DNA from: Malacoraja senta
Lineage: Eukaryota
DNA length: 64,000 nt
Assembly: GCA_038087875.1 (NCBI GenBank)
Contig: CM075989.1
Location: 19,718,001-19,782,000, forward strand
Reading direction: 5' to 3'
The translations under genes were made by a program, and so were the position numbers. This document shows positions 39,360-52,040 of this stretch, in pieces. The notes beneath the pieces were generated by a model that had not been told where the DNA came from, made no database searches, and was given only the letters and a program-made list of their open reading frames with translations. Position 1 is the first letter of the stretch. Each line of letters begins with the position of its first letter.

Positions 39360-41306
39360 CTAAAAAGAGAGAACAAGAGACATGGTCCCTTTAATATCAT
39401 TTCCCAACACTGATTTTGCCAGCTTTAGACTTTAGACTTTAGAGATACAGCGTGGAAACAGGTCCTTCAGCCCACCAAAACCAGTGATCATCCTGCGCGC
39501 TAGCACTATCGTACACACTTGGGACAATTTACAGAGCCAAATAACCTACAAACCTGTATGTGTTTGTAGTGTGGGAGGGAACCAGAGCACCCAGAGAAAA
39601 CCCACAGTCAACCCAATTAGTACTGGCCAGATGATGTTTAGTTTAGAGATTTGCAATGTGGGAGGAAACCCACACGGTCACAGGGAGACCGTGCAAACTC
39701 CACACAGACAGCACCCATAGTCAGGATCGAACCCGGGTCTCTCGTGCTGTAAGACAGTTACTCTACCACTGCGCCACTCTGCCGTCCTAACTTCTTTGGA
39801 TGTTTGTTTATCTTCCAGTCTAAGTTTAAAATGCAATGACCTTTTCCAATTTACATAAGACAGAACTACTGGAAATATCCAACAGGTCAAGCAGCAACTG
39901 TAGGGAGACTTAAACACAGTTAGCTTTTCACTTAAATTATCTTTTGTCTTAGCTGACAAATGTTTAGAAGGAATTTCAACAGTATAAAATATGTTCACTG
40001 TACATCTTTATCTAAATATTTCCAGTAATTTTCATTTACTTCATATTTCCAAAGTCTGCACTATTTTGCATTTGCTGCTTAAACACCCCACCCCCTTCAC
40101 CTGTATCCACCTATCACGTGTGGGAAGGTACTGCAGATGCTGTTTTATACCAAAGATAGATGTAAAATGCTGGAGCAACTCAGAGGATCAGGCTGCATCT
40201 CTGATGAAAAGGTGATGTTTTGGGTCGGAACCCTACTTCAGACTGATTGTAGGGGGAAGCAACTGGAAGGAAGAAAAGACCAAATTTCTTGAAATCCATT
40301 TACTTGATGGGTATACAGGAAGAAAGCTGGAATTAGGATTGATGGCTAATTGATGATCATCTCAAATGCAGTGGGCTGTAGTGCTGTCAGAATTCAAAAG
40401 GGTTCCACCCGAAACATTATTATTCCTTTCTCCAGAGATGCTGCCTGACCCGCTGAGTTATTCCAGCTTTTTGCGTCTATCCACCTATCACTTGCCTGGC
40501 TTTGTCCCGGCCTACCTTCCTTTTCCAGCTTTCTCCCACCTACTTCACCAGACCGATGAAGGGCCCCGACCCGAAACGTCACCTGTCCAGTTACCTCCCC
40601 AGATGCTGCCTGACCCATTGAGTTCCCCCAGCACTTTGTGTTTCGCATTGTAGCCAACTTCGTAAATTGAGAGGCTCTCTTAAAACATAACAGCCTATCG
40701 TCGAGTCAGTAAAGGAAAAGTAATACCAGTAGGTTTGGGGCTGGATGGCTGCCCACTTTAAGTGGGGAGTTAATGAAACAGAAGACGGTGAGGACCTAGG
40801 TTAGTGTTCGAGATGATCCCACAGGGTGAGATTTAATCTTTGCTTGAAAGCGCCAGTGCTCAGTGGGAGAGGGTAAATTCACAAATGAACTCCAGCCAAC
40901 ACTCTCCTAATTACTGATTTAAAGTGCATTCCCAGAGGCTCAGCTGATTCCAACATTTTTAATTGCATCCCAGTGCCAAAGTCGGGATTGTGCACGGGTA
41001 AGGTGCCAAATGCTCTTCTCTCTAACAAAAGAAAGATAAAGATCTCTGTTTTTGGCCGGGAGTCTTAAATCCTCTCAGAACCCCTGTCAGAACTGGGTGC
41101 TTTGTCTTTAAAATCATCAGGTGAAACCATTCAAACAGGGGGCATCTGTATTAAAAAACGTTCTCTGGCTGCTGTTTATTAGCGGAAATGTTAAGATGAA
41201 AGGCATACATGCTGCAGTACAGCACAGGAACAGGCCCTTCAGTCCACAATGTCAGTGCCAAACATGAAGGCAAGTTAAACTAATCTCCTCTGCTCGCACA
41301 TGATCC

Positions 41307-41340
41307 AGTCTGAAGAAGGGTCTCGACCCGAAACGTCACC
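41307..41340 (+). ncRNA. Minimal hammerhead-ribozyme-like motif in a Penelope-derived repeat (representative copy)
   Basis: CTGAAGA-A-GGGT-CTCG-ACCC-GAAA-C-GTC: CUGANGA core, stem II, GAAA and GUC triplet; same motif at about 24653, 28253 and 49295 (+) and 22887 (-). Confidence 0.6.
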
Positions 41341-41855
41341 CATTCATTCTCGCCAGAGATGCTGCCTGTCCCGCTGAGTTTCTCCAGCATTTTGTGTCTA
41401 TCCATATCCCTCCCTTCCCTGTACATCCACATGCCTATCTAAAAACCTCTTAAAGATACAGTTGTATCTGCTTCCACCCCGTTCCCGTCCCCCGGCTGTA
41501 TGTTCCAGGCACTCACCACTCTCTGTGTAAAGAAAACTTGCCCCACACACCTCCTTTAAAATTTGCCCCTCTCATTTTACAGCAAAGCTGTCTAATCCTT
41601 GACATTTCCAACCCAGGACAAAGTTTCTGACTGTCTCCCCTACCTATGCCTCCCTTCATTTTATATACTTGCATCTGATACAACTAGACTCTGACAATGC
41701 ATTGCATCTTCATTTAATGGGACTAAATGATGAAATGTTCCAAATATGAAAATAAAATGATCTGTTACTTCAATAATCATGTCGTAGGATTTGGATATGA
41801 TAGTTGTAGGTGTAAATGTACCTGTCAAAGGCCGTTCAGACTGCACTATTCTCAA

Positions 41856-42158
41856 GGGCAGCACAGTGGTGCAGTAGTAGAGCTGCTGCCTTACAGCGCC
41901 GGACACCCAGGTTCGATCCCGACTACGGGTGCTGTATGCACGGAGCTTGTACATTCTCCCCGTGACAGCGTGTGCTTTCTCCGAGCTCTTTGGTTTCCTC
42001 ACATACTCCAGAGACGTACAGGTTTGTAGGTTAATTGTTAAATGTAAATTGTCCCTAGTGTGTGTAGGATAGTGTTAATGTGCGGGGATCGCTGGTCGGC
42101 GCGGACTCGGTGGGCCGAAGGGCCTGTTTCCGCGCTGTGTCTCTAAACTAAACTAAAT
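41856..42158 (+). mobile_element. tRNA-derived V/HE1-type SINE, full-length representative (more than 20 copies in the window on both strands)
   Basis: A-box-like TGGTGCAGTAG, B-box GGTTCGATCC, central tgtacattctccccgtg...tttcctc.cacactcca domain, tail shared with CR1 3' ends, (CTAAA)n end. Confidence 0.88.
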
Positions 42159-42454
42159 TTGGGAAAGTGGCTCATATCAATGTCCAAATGATCTTTTAAT
42201 TGACTGAGCTATGCTCTTACAGTTGACGTCATCTGAACTCTGAATATATTGTGGCGTCTACGGTATGTTTGGACTCCATTACTGTACACATTACAATTGT
42301 TACTGATTTTGGCTACACTCACTCCACTCTCATCAGATCATAAAAATGTCTTTATAAAATATTTGCTCAACCAATTAATCCCATACAAAATATTCCACAA
42401 AGACCTAAGTGGAGAGGCATATGTTTTCTGGCAGTAATGGAGGCAACGGGCATA

Positions 42455-42770
42455 CAGTAAAGGGCATACTGCCTAGTTGCATCACCGCCTGGCTCGGTAA
42501 CTCAAATGCCCAGGAATAAAGGAGGCTGCAGAGAATGGTAGACATTGCCTGATCCATCACGGGCACGGACTTCCCCACCATCGAAGGGATCTATAGGAGG
42601 CGCTGCCTCAAAAAGGCAGTCAATATCATCAAAGACCCACATCATCCTGGCCACACTCTCAACTTACTGCTACCATTGGGAGGGAAGTACAGGAACCTGA
42701 AAACCGTGACCTCCAGGTTCAAGAATAGCTTCTTCCCCCCACCATTAAGTTCTTAAACATCATACAACAC
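42455..42770 (+). mobile_element. Rex1/Babar-type LINE 3' fragment (similar pieces at about 9615-9990, 54600-55070, 55920-56090, 59540-59720, 62260-62370)
   Basis: GIYRRRCLKKAVNIIKDPHHPGHTL...KYRNLKTVTSRFKNSFFP, a typical RT C-terminal tail; clade assignment from recall. Confidence 0.65.
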
Positions 42771-43745
42771 TATCCACTTCTTCATCAACTGTGATATTCT
42801 GTGGGTAGGAAGGAACTGCAGATGCTGGTTTATACCGAAGATAGACACAAAATGCTGGAGTAACTCAGCGGCTCAGACAATGCCTCTGCAGAATAAAGGA
42901 ATAAGTGACGTTTCAGATCTGAAGAATGGTTCCGACCCGAAATGTCACCTGTTCTTTTTCTCCACGGATGCTGCCTGACCCGCTGATTTACTCCAGCATT
43001 TAGTGATGATCTTCTACGAATTGTTTTTGGCTGCACTGCAGACTTTGGTTTAGCACACTATCATGGTATGGTTGCCAAGTATTAGTGTTATTAAATTATT
43101 ATGTTATTGATTACTATATATTTATTTGTGTTATTCATGTGATGGGCTTGGTAAGCTGTCCAAGTATAAATTACCTTGCTTCCATTGCAGTACATGTCAC
43201 AATTAAATACTTTTGATTCTTGACTCGTGAATGGCTGAGAATTTATAATTATACAGGTGTATTGGCCACAGTTTAAGGGGTTGGTCATTTCGAACGGAGA
43301 TGAGGAAAAACTTATTCACCCTGAGAGTTGTGCATCTGTGGAATTCTCTGCCTCAGAAGGCAGTGGAGGTCAATTCTGAGATGCTTTCAAGAGACGGTTA
43401 GATAGAGCTCTTATAGCGGAGTCATGGGATATGGGTAGAAGGCAGGAACGGGGTGCTGATTGCTGATTGTGGATGATCAGCCATCAAACTGCTGGAGGAA
43501 CTTGGCAGTCTGAAGAAGGGCCCCAATCTGAAACGTCACCCATCCACGTTCTCCCGAGATTTTGCATGACCCGCTGAAGTCTTCCCTCATCCACTGACAT
43601 GACATTCCTGAGAAAATAATGAGACCCTTGGGTCTCGACCCGAAACTCTGAGTTACTCCAGCATTTTGTGTCTACCTTCGATCTTACCAGCATCTGCAGT
43701 TCTTTCTTACGCATGAAATATTGAACGTTGAGAAATAGGCAGTAC

Positions 43746-43848
43746 CTTACTGCTGGTATCACTGGATGTGTAGCACAGCAGGCGTGGTGCAACAGTCTCA
43801 GTTAACGAATGTTGACCAGAGGTAAAGATGCCAGTTCTGAACAAACTG
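43746..43848 (-). CDS. WDR72: WDR72 coding exon 8 (103 nt; NAGNAG acceptor allows 100 nt)
   Basis: SLFRTGIFTSGQHSLTETVAPRLLCYTSSDTSSK (cf. ETIYPHLLCSTS recalled for tetrapods); AAG|gtactg donor gives the phase 0 needed by the next exon. Confidence 0.85.
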
Positions 43849-44798
43849 CTGCAATGACATTGAAGAGGGTTTGTGACCAAGTGCTGAGAACTTGTGCCAA
43901 GTGTGAACAAAGCCAGACAAATTTACAACTTGTGTGAATGGTAAACAAGGTAACGGGAGAATATGGTGGGAGAATCGAGGACCAGAGATCACAGCCTCAG
44001 AATTAAAGGACGTTCCTTTGGGAAGGAGATGAGGAGGAGTTTCTTTAATCAGAGGGTGGTGAATCTGTGGAGGCAGTGGAGGCCAAGTCATTGGATATTT
44101 TTAAGGCAGAGATAGATAGGTCCCTGATTAGTACGGGTGTCAGGGGTTATGGGGAGAAGGCAGGAGAATGGGGTTGAGAGGGAGAGATAGATCTGCCATG
44201 ACGGAGTAGACTTGATGGACCGAATGGCCTAATTCTGCTCCTATTACTTAGGAACATGAACAAACCAAAGTTACATTCACCATTATTAATATTAATGCAT
44301 GTACACAGAATTCAATTCTGAAATGAGCCAGAAATATCACCAATCAAAGGCTTTTCAGATGAGACAACCCACACATCCCACACCACTTTTACACGACACT
44401 AAATGCCAACGTCAATCCTTAAAATAAATTTTCAGCTACCCTAATCACACTAATTTTAAATTATCATTTTTGCCGTCCTGAATATTCTATTATTTGACAC
44501 AGAGTATTATTGCTCATGTTAATAAAATAAACCGATTTTATTTCTGAACGGGTTTTATAATCTTCGCTACTGCGCCAGGAAGTCCTGGCCAATTACTCCT
44601 TGTCGTCAGACACCCACTGTGTGAGACAAGACTCACAGCTGCCAACTCCCTGACAACTGTCCGCTCTGTAAAGGCTTTGTCCGCACCCCTCTTTTTATCG
44701 CTTGCGTCACGCTGTGGTTTACATTGCAAAGTGAACGAGGCGTTTGAAGCTCAGTACCCTACCTGAACTTATCCCGTGGCTTTCCCACCTGCGCCCAC

Positions 44799-44944
44799 CT
44801 GTCAGGCAGCTGGTAAATGTAGCTGCGGCCACTCTCAGTCCAGACTATTATTTTGTTGGCAGCTAAAACTTCCCCACCGGCCCAGTGCTGACTGTCTTTG
44901 CTGCTCCCCAAACACAGCAATGAAAAGTCACAATAATCAAAAAC
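44799..44944 (-). CDS. WDR72: WDR72 coding exon 7 (146 nt)
   Basis: [48 protein letters not shown]; ccctctcctgtag acceptor, AG|gtgggc donor. Confidence 0.94.
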
Positions 44945-46712
44945 CTACAGGAGAGGGAAGAAAAAAAAAATAAGACATCCATAAGAGTAACGTTAAGCCA
45001 TAAGAGGGCGTCACGGTGGCGCAGCGGTAGATTTGCTGCCTGACAGCTCCAGAGAACCGGGTTCAATCCCGACAACGGGTGCTGTCTGTACGGAGTTTGT
45101 CCGTTCTCCCCGTGACCTGCGTGGGTTTTGTAGGTTAATTAGCTAGGTATAAATGTAAAATTGTCCCGAGTGTGTGTAGGATAGTGGTAGGGCGTGTGGA
45201 TCGGGTGGGCCTAGGGGCCTGTTTCCATGCTGTATCTCTAAAATAAAATAAAACCCAGCAGAATAACCAAAAATTGCATTTAATTTAGTTCACAGATACA
45301 GCGTGGAAACAGGCTCTTCTGCCAACCACGTTGACCATCAATCACGCATTCGCTATTTTATCCCACTTTCTCATCCACCCCCTACATGCTTGGGCCAACG
45401 TTTACAGAGACCAATTAACTACAAACCCGTATAACTCCTTCACCGATAATATGGCCAAATGAATGGGGTTTGAGCCACGAACTTTGAGTTTACTTGAGTT
45501 TAGGGACATAGCGTGGAAACTGACTCTTCAGTCCATGCCGAACATACACTAGTTCTATCCTACCCACTAGGGACAATTTACAGAAGCTAACTAAACCACA
45601 AACCCCACATCTTTGGAGTGCGGGAGGAAACCCATGCGGTCACAGAAAGTAAGTGCAAACCTGGATAGACAGCACCCTTAGTCAAGAACGAACCCGGGTC
45701 TCTGGCGTTGTAAGGCAGCAAATCTACTGCTGCACCACCATGCTGCCCCCATAACCTGGCCTAATTAATTTAACTTAGTTTAGTTTAGACAACAAGTGCT
45801 GGAGTAACTCAGCAGGTCAGGCAGCAGCATCTCTGGATAAAAGGATGAGTGATGTTTCGGGCCGGAACCCTTCTTCAGACCCTGAAGAAAGGTCGAGGGC
45901 TGAAATGTCACCCATCCTTTTCTCCAGAGATGCTACCTGACTCACTGAGTTACCACAGCACTTTGTGTCCATCTTCAGTATAAACCAGCATCTGCAGTTC
46001 CATTCCACATGTTTAGTTTAGTTTAGTTTACTGTCACGCGTGATGAGGTGCTGTGAAAAGCTTTTTTGTTTTAATGGAATTGATGGAGGCCAGCTAACAA
46101 GATTGTTTATCGCACTTTTCAGCACTTTCCATCAGATGTCACCGAGTGATTTCATGTGTAAGGAAGGAACTGCAAATGCTGGTTTAAAAATACACCGAAA
46201 CATAGAACCATAGAAAATAGGTGCAGGATTAGGCCATTCGGCCCTTCGAGCCAGCACCGCCATTCAATATGATCATGACTGATTATCCTAAATCAGTACC
46301 CCCGTTCCTGCTTCCTCCCGATATCCCTTGATTATGTTAGCCCTAAGAGCTATATCTAACTCTCTCTTGAAAACATCTAGTGAATTGGCCTCCACTGTCT
46401 TATGTGGAGAGAATTCCACAGATTCTCAACTATCTGGGTGAAAAAGTTTTTCCTCATCTCAGTCCTAATTGGCCTACCCCTTAAACTTCTTAAACTGTGA
46501 CCCCTGGCCCTGGACTTCCCCAACATCGGGATCATTTAAAAATAAAACGCAATTTTGCCTTAAAACATTATTGTAAAACAGTAAAACATCCAGTGAATTG
46601 GCCTCCAATTCAGATAGACACAAAAAGCTGGAGTTGAGTTGCCGCCGTCCTGCTGAGTTACTGTGGCTTTTTTTGTGTCTGCCGAGTGCTTTCAGCCTGA
46701 CATAAAACATAC

Positions 46713-46832
46713 CTTCCAGCAGTCAGCACAAATCACCAAGAGCAGCCGCTCTGTGTACGTACAAAAGCAGACAGCTTGACAATCGAAGCACTGAAGTGAC
46801 TTGGACTCTGATTCAGAGACATTCTCTCTGGC
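46713..46832 (-). CDS. WDR72: WDR72 coding exon 6 (120 nt)
   Basis: ARENVSESESKSLQCFDCQAVCFCTYTERLLLVICADCWK; tattttgcag acceptor, AAG|gtatgt donor. Confidence 0.94.
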
Positions 46833-46892
46833 CTGCAAAATACAGTAAGCGTTATCAGAACGGGCAAAGAACTTCCTGCGTTGTAGAAAAAA

Positions 46893-47911
46893 AACATAGA
46901 AACATAGAAAAATAGGTGCAGGAGTAGGCCTTTCGGCCCTTTGAGCCAGCACTGCCATTCAATATGATCATGGCTGATCATCTAAAATCAGTACCCCGTT
47001 CCTGCTTTTTCTCCATGTCTCCCGATTCCTTTAGCCCTAAGGGCTAAATCTAATAGCCCTGTCCCACGATGCGAGTTCATTCAAGTGCTCTCCCGAGTTA
47101 AAAAAAAATCAAACTCGTGGTAAGCACGGAGAATGAACGTAGCGGGTACGTCGGAGCTCGGGGACGTCTCTTGGCGGCTCGTAACGCTAACAGCAGGTAC
47201 GCGGGAAGACTCGCTAATGGCAGGTAAGCACGGGAAGACTCGTGAAGATTTTTCAACACGTTGAAAAATGTCCACGAGAGCCCCGAGTACCGACGAGTGG
47301 CCATTACCGTAAATCTCCGAGTTCGAATCAGGGCAAACTCGGGAGAGCTCTTGGAATGAACTCGTACCGTGGGACAGGGTTTTATCTCTTTCTTCAAAAC
47401 ATCCAGTGAATTAGCCTCCTTCTGTGGCAGAGAATTCCACAGATTCACAACTCTCTGGGTGAAAACGTTTTTCCTCATCTTAGTCCTAAATGGCCTACCC
47501 CTTATTCTTAAACTGTGACACCTGGTTCTGGTCTCCCCCCACATTGGGTACATTTCCCCTGCATCTAGACTGTCCAATCCTTTTAAGAATTTTATATGTT
47601 TCTAAAAGATCCCCTCTCATCCTTCTAAATTCCAGTGAATACAAGCCCGGTCGACCCATTCTTTCATCATATGTCAGTCCCGCCATCCCGGGAATTAACC
47701 TGGTGAGCCTGTGCTGCACTCCCTCAATAGCAATAATGTCCTTCCTCAAATCAGGAGACCAAAATTGCGCACAATACTCCAGGTGCGGTCTCACCAGGGC
47801 CCTGTACAACTGCAGAAGGACATCCTTGCTCCTAAACTCAAATCCTCTTGCAATGAAGACCAACAAGCCATTAGTTTTCTTCACTGCCTGCTGTACCTGC
47901 ATGCTTACTTT
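46893..47911 (-). mobile_element. CR1/HER1-type LINE 3' fragment interrupted by a MITE
   Basis: KVSMQVQQAVKK...RPHLEYCAQFWSP...RRMRGDLLETYKI and a (TATGTTTC)n tail; MITE at 47054-47381. Confidence 0.88.
47054..47381. mobile_element. PIF/Harbinger-type MITE, family B copy 2
   Basis: Highly similar to 24728-25057 along its whole length; TAA/TTA flanks; inserted in a CR1 3' fragment. Confidence 0.85.
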
Positions 47912-47970
47912 CGGTAATAGAAAGATGAATTTCTGCAGTTCCAGGGACCCTTTTTCTATGATGAACTGAC

Positions 47971-48047
47971 CTGAACCCCATTGACAGATGATGACAGATC
48001 CCACACCTTGAGCTCTCCTGTCACTGAAATGCCAACCAGCGAATCCT
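47971..48047 (-). CDS. WDR72: WDR72 coding exon 5 (77 nt)
   Basis: EDSLVGISVTGELKVWDLSSSVNGVQ; tattttgcag acceptor, CAG|gtcagt donor. Confidence 0.93.
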
Positions 48048-50088
48048 CTGCAAAATATAGAGATGCTTTTAAGTAACAAAAAGATTAATAGCACTCAAAA
48101 GAGATGTAGGTTCAAAAGTGTAATTCAGTATAGTGTCAGGACATGTGTTTTAGTGATTGAATTGAATGTACACCAAACCAAGCCTACATTTGATCTAATC
48201 TTTAAAACATGTGTGCAAAACACTGCAAGAGGTATCATTTTTACTCAGACGAAAGCAATTTTAGTTTTCTTTTTAAGAAAGAACTGCAGATGCTGGAAAA
48301 ATCGAAGGTAGACAAAAATGCTCGAGAAACTCAGCGGGTGAGGCAGCATCTATGGAGAGAAGGAATAGGCGATGTTTCGGGTCGAGACACGGCAGTCAAA
48401 GATGCTTCAACTTGTGGTTCTTTTAGATAGAGATACGCAGCATGGAAACAGGCTCTTTGGCCCATTGAGTTCATGCTGACCATCAACTACCCATTACACT
48501 AATCCTACTTTAATTTAATCCAACTTTATTCTCTCCACCCCAAGATTCTACCATTCACCCGTACATCAGGGGCAACTCGCAGAGGCCAAAAGGGAAAAGA
48601 TTTAATAGGAATCTGAGGGGTAACTTTTTCACACAAAGGGTGGTGGGTGTATGGAACCAGCTGCCAGAGGAGGCAGTTGAGGCAAGGACTTTTAAGAAAC
48701 AGTTAGACAGGCACATGGATAGGACAGGTTTGGAGGGATATGGTCCAAACACGGGCAGGTGGGTCTAGTGTAGCTGGGACATGTTGGCCGGTGTGAGCAA
48801 GTTGGGCCCAAGGGCCTGTTTCCATGCTATATCACTCTATGGCTCTATGACTCTATTGATCGACGAAGCTGCACCTCTCTGGGATGTGGGGAGAGACCAG
48901 AGCACCCGGAGGAAACCCACGGGGTCACAGAGAGAATATACAAACTCCACACGGACAGCACCCGAGGTCAGGATTGAACCTGCATTGTGTGGCACTGTGA
49001 TACAGAGGTTCTACCAGCTGCACCATTGTGCCGCCCTCGCATGCAGGAGAACAAAGACAAGGAGTTATGAAGAGTCCGGGGAACCTCCATTTTGGATTTC
49101 TTTATCTCTAAATAATTGGTTGTATTGCAACAAAGAAATTATTCTGCAAACTGGAATACTGATCAATTTTACGATTTAAAGCCACGGAAACCGGCCCTTC
49201 AGCCAACTCATCCATGCTGACCAAGTTACCCCATCTAAGTTGGTCTCATTTGGCTCACAACCCTCTAAGCTTTTCCTATACATGTCAAGATTCAAGTCTG
49301 AAGAAGGGTCTCGACCCGAAACGTCACCCATTCCTTCTATCCAGAGATGTAGAGCTGCCTGTCCCGCTGAGTTACTCCAGCATTTTGTGTCTATCTAGTT
49401 TAATTGACATCTGTACTGAAATGGAACAATGAAATTCTTACTTGCAGCAGCATAACAGGTTTGTAAACACTGTACTCAATAGAAAATATAATAAAACAAA
49501 CAAAAAAAATGAGTACAAAACTAAACGAAAGCCCAAAGTCTGCGTGAAACTGACAGTTTATAGTTCAAAGTTTATTTGGTGGTTGCAGTGTTCAAGAACC
49601 TGATGGTTGTTGGGAGGAAGCTGGTCCTGAACCTGAAGATTTCTCAGTCTCTGTACCTGTCCATTTCTCTGCTATTTCATTGCATTTAATTTAGTTTAGA
49701 GATACAGCATGGAAACAGGTTATTGGGCCCACTGAGTCCACGCCGACCAGCAATCACCCATACACTAGTTCCATCCTACACACGAGGGACAATTTACAGA
49801 AGCCAATTAACCTACAAACCTGTACGTCTTTGGAGTGTGGGAGGAAACCGGAGCACCCGGAGAAAACCCACACATTCACATGGAGAACATACAAACTCCG
49901 TACAGGCAGTTCCCGTAGTCGGGATCGAACCCGGGTCTCTGGGGCTGTGATTCAGCAATTCTACCGCTGCGGCACTGTACTGTACCCTACTGTAAAATTC
50001 CCTTTGGTACATTGCTGGGGTGGAGGGAAGCAATGCCCTGGATGGAGACACCGTGAGTGGACCCTGGAGACGGCGCCTGTCCTGATAC

Positions 50089-50263
50089 CTTGGATTCTCT
50101 GCGAGCGGACAATGCACATGGAACTGATCCAGTCTGGGGTTGCAGATGAAGCGAGAGCGTGGAGAAGCTCCAGGGTCCGTGCATCGATGACCAAGACATC
50201 CTGGTACTGTCCACAGCACAGCAACCAGCCCTCTCCCGACATCCGAAAGGAACGGTAGTAATA
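50089..50263 (-). CDS. WDR72: WDR72 coding exon 4 (175 nt)
   Basis: [58 protein letters not shown]; cctccag acceptor, G|gtatca donor. Confidence 0.95.
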
Positions 50264-50372
50264 CTGGAGGACGACAATGCCAAACCAATCAGCTATAAAC
50301 CCTGCCAAACTCACAAAAATTAATGACACAACTTATCATTTGCAATGTTGCAATTTAAAAGGCACTTGGCAG

Positions 50373-50503
50373 CAAAGATACTAGAGGAGCAAGATAGACC
50401 ACTCCTCCGAAATCCATTGGACTGACGTGTAGTACGTAACGGAACGTCACGGCCGCCATTTTTTAATGCAAAACGCGACATCTGCTCTGCTCTATAATCT
50501 TTG
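50373..50503. mobile_element. 131-bp non-autonomous DNA transposon with 8-bp TSD (P-like or hAT-like)
   Basis: Termini CAAAGAT...ATCTTTG with imperfect ~22-bp TIRs; exact direct repeat CTTGGCAG at 50365-50372 and 50504-50511. Confidence 0.8.
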
Positions 50504-50929
50504 CTTGGCAGGTACATGGATAGACACAGGTGTCAGGGATTACAGGGAGAAGGCAGGAGAATGGGATTAGGGGGGGAAGAGATAGATCAGCCATGGTTGA
50601 ATGGCGTAGTACAACTGATGGGCCGAATGGTCTAATTCAGCTCCTATCACTATGAACATGAACTCATGATAGGAGAGGTCTAGTGGGATATGGGAGGGAG
50701 GTTGGTTTGTGTATTTGTGTGATGGTCTGGGCTACGTCCAACAACTCTCTGCAGTGTCTTGCGGTCTTCGGTGGAGCTGTTCACAAACTAGGCTGCGACG
50801 CATCCCGATATCTAGGGGGATAAAATGCTTTCTCCGCCGATCCCCTCTGACCTCACCTCTGAAGCTCACGACGTGTATGTTTGAAACTGTGAGGTTTTGG
50901 AGCTGACAAGTGCCGCAGGGCACTGCTGA

Positions 50930-51460
50930 TCAAGTTACTGATGACTAAGTACCATTTAACTGTGCTGTCGTGGGCTCTTCCCATTACTCTGTTGATGACT
51001 GAGAGCAGATTAATGGGGCGGCAATTAATGGGCTGGATTTGCCCGGGACACTTCTGGGTAATCTTCCACTGTCTGCCTGACGTCAGCAGAGCAGTGGAGC
51101 AACTCAGCCGGTGGAGCTCGTTGGCGGCTCTGTAAACAGGAACTATGACCCTGGTGGCTTCTGCCGAGCACAGTCCTTCCGTGATGTGTCGTGAAGTGAA
51201 TTTAATGAGCTTCTCTGAAAGTGGGGACCTGCAGAAGACGCCCGTGATGGATGATCCACTCGGGAAGTCCGGCTGAATGTGGGGGCAACCTTTGATGCTC
51301 GCTGCCACTTTTGGGCCGACACCATGGAAAACCCCACCTCCCATTGTCTACTTGTCAGCCGCCAATTGTGGCAGTAGTGAAGATCTTTGACCCGATCTGT
51401 TCGCTGTGGAATTGTTCAGCTCCCCCTGGACTGTGCTGAGCCGCAGTAGCATTTTTAATA
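50930..51460 (-). mobile_element. Old CR1/L2-group LINE internal RT fragment
   Basis: PINCRPINLLSVINRVMG resembles the YRPISLLS..SKVME RT domain-0/1 motif; degenerate. Confidence 0.55.
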
Positions 51461-51473
51461 TTTGTTTTTAACT

Positions 51474-52040
51474 TAGATACAGTCCGGAAACAGGCTCTTC
51501 AGCCCGCTGCGTCCGCACCGACCAGCGATCCCCACACACTTGCACTATCCCTACACACACTGGGGACAATTTACATTTTTACCAGGCCAATTAACCTACA
51601 AACCTGTACGTCTTTGGAGCGTGGGAGGAAACCAAAGATCTCAGGGGAAAACCCACGCAGGTCACGGGGAGAACGTACAAACTCCGTACGGACAGCAGCC
51701 GTAGTTGGGATCAAACCCGGGTCTCCGGCGCTGCAAGCACTGTAAGACAGCAACTCTACTACTTCCGATACTGCACGGAAACAGGCTCTTCGACCCACCG
51801 AGTCGGCACCGACCAGTGATCCCCGCACACTGACACTATCCTACACACACTAGGGACAATTTACACTTATACCAAGCCAATTAACTTACAAACCTGTACG
51901 TCTTTGGTGCGTGGGAGGAAACCGAAGATCTCGGAGAAAACCCATGCGGGTCATGGGGAGAACATAAATCTCTGTACAGACAAGCACCCGTAGTCAGGAT
52001 CTAACCCGGGTCTCTGGCGCTGTAAGGTAGTAGCCCTATC
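51474..52040 (-). mobile_element. Two tandem V/HE1-type SINE copies
   Basis: Two head-to-tail copies at about 51474-51760 and 51767-52040. Confidence 0.82.

Noticed and set aside
41856..41930. tRNA genes
   Set aside because: The A/B-box heads continue into the SINE body and tail and lack a full cloverleaf; they are SINE heads.
43745..43751. Alternative donor A|gtaagg at the end of exon 8
   Set aside because: It would give phase 1, incompatible with the phase-0 acceptors of exon 9.
47495..48094. 199-aa ORF, the longest in the track
   Set aside because: A chance read-through of an off-frame WDR72 exon and intron into a CR1 RT remnant.
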